A stretch of 64,000 nucleotides of DNA from positions 2,036,201 to 2,100,200 of the forward strand of contig NC_092670.1 in NCBI RefSeq assembly GCF_964355755.1. Direction: 5' to 3'. Shown one piece after another: positions 62,475-64,000 of the stretch; within the stretch, counting starts at the first letter, position 1; each line of letters begins with the position of its first letter. The notes under the pieces are model-generated. The model searched no databases. It saw only the letters and a list, made by a program, of their open reading frames with translations, and was not told the DNA's origin. This stretch comes from Antedon mediterranea. Taxonomy: Eukaryota; Animalia; Echinodermata. Position numbers and translations under genes: made by a program.

Positions 62475-64000
62475 GGTCCGGTATCACTATGCGTTTTATC
62501 GCTTTCTGACCTTATCTTGATATCAGTTTAATCTAGCTAGGTCAATTTTTCACAGTATATTCCTTATGGCCAGGAATCAATGTGGTTATGTTTTCACGGT
62601 GCGCAATAAAAAATTACGCGGTCTACGCACGATTTAACGAAATCATGTTTGTAATCATATCTTCACAACCATGAATCACAATTAAATAAAATTTGGTACT
62701 CATAAATTTCAGGGCATAAATCATCATATGGCAATACAATTACGTGCGTAGCGCATGTAACGCATGCGTACGCGCGTTTAAAATTTTCAAAATTTATTTT
62801 CGATGAAATAAGAGTACGTTTCAGGCAATTTTAAGCGTGCGTTAAGAGTGCGCATATTTTTGCGCGCGTTAAATGTTATTGCGCACTGTTTTTGCCCGAT
62901 TTCTGTTTTCTTGACTTACTTTTCAACTCGAAATCACGTTATACGAGCACGTCAAAAGTGACAGGCTACGCACGTGTAAATTAAAAAAATATAAATGTTT
63001 TTAAACATTTCCACATTTTTAAACATGTTCAGTAATTTCGGTCAGTATAGTTCACTATGTCGGTCGGTCGGTCTGTCTGTCGGTCTGTCGGTCTGTCCGT
63101 CGGTCCGGTATCACTATGCATTGTAGCACGCGACTTAATGGCTGTTGGCCTTGTTCTAAGGAGTTTTCGTTGAAATATGTGAAATACGAGGTTCCCCAGC
63201 ATAGCTTTATTTTTGAAATTTTAACTCGAAAACAAATGCATTATCACATTTTATTAGGGCTAAGTCATGTATTTTCTATTTTTAGTCGCGTGGAAGCGAC
63301 TCTATAGTTCACTATGTCGGTCGGTCGGTCTGTCTGTCGGTCTGTCTGTCGGTCTATCTGTCTGTCTGTCGGTCCGGTATCACTATGCGTTTTATCGCTT
63401 TCTGACCTTATCTTGATATCAGTTTAATCTAGCTAAGTCAATTTTTCACAGAATATTCCTTATGGCCAGGAATCGATGTGGTTATGTTTTCACGGTGCGC
63501 AATAAAAAATTACGTGGTCTACGCACGATTTAACGAAATCACGTTTGTAATCATATCTTAACAACCATGAATCACAATTAAATAAAAGTTGGTACTCATA
63601 AATTTCAGGGCATAAATCATCATATGGCAATACAATTACGTGCGTAGCGCATGTAACGCATGCGTACGCGCGCTTAAAATTTTCAAAATTTATTTTCGAT
63701 GAAATAAGAGTACGTTTCAGGCAATTTTAAGCGTTTACAAAATTGCCATGAGTGCGCAGATTTTGCGCGCGCACTGCGCGATAAATGTTATTGCGCACTC
63801 TTTTTGCCCAATTTCTGTTTTCTTGACTTACTTTTCAACTCGAAATTACGTTATACGAGCACGTCAAAAGTGACAGGCTACGCACGTGTAAATTAAAAAA
63901 ATATAAATGTTTTTAAACATTTCAACATTTTTAAACATGTTCAGTAATTTCGGTCAGTATAGTTCACTATGTCGGTCGGTCCGTCTGTCTGTCGGTCTGT
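61618..64000 (+). mobile_element. Three tandem copies of a ~770-bp Helentron-associated (HINE/DINE-1-like) element
   Basis: Copies ~61618-62367 (5'-truncated), 62383-63155, and 63279 to the window edge. 5' TTTTTAGTCGCGTG, 3' CACGCGACT subterminal IR followed by the short hairpin GGCTGTTGGCC and TTGTT, with (gtcg/gtct)n microsatellites near both ends. Confidence 0.8.

Overview
AT-rich, intron-containing eukaryotic DNA from a marine invertebrate. A Deu-domain SINE and the kringle/PAN/LDLa genes suggest a non-vertebrate deuterostome such as an echinoderm; this is an inference. Contents: (1) the 5' part of a mu-crystallin/ketimine reductase (CRYM) gene on minus (about 131-3184); (2) a repeat-rich interval with MITEs, a Deu-SINE and a decayed LINE (8.0-11.5 kb); (3) a mosaic gene of about 40 exons and 3,300 aa on minus (41359 to about 12900), reconstructed by hand from GT-AG sites and phases: signal peptide, 7 kringles and 10 PAN domains with T/P/E-rich linkers, 19 LDLa, EGF-EGF-YWTD propeller-EGF, 2 LDLa, EGF-EGF-YWTD propeller-EGF, with no TM/NPxY tail that I could find; (4) a 3-exon gene for a small secreted protein with 3 LDLa; (5) a ~10.8 kb block bounded by ~350 bp near-perfect inverted repeats, containing a TAYGG..CCRTA-ended (IS3EU-like) element that carries a spliced, frameshifted gene ending in a RING finger; (6) a divergently transcribed kringle/PAN paralog on plus (from 55740, probably running off the window) with tandem Helentron-like repeats. 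Four scattered LINE-type 3' ends share a hairpin motif with a compensatory base-pair change. All coordinates were read by eye and no searches were run.
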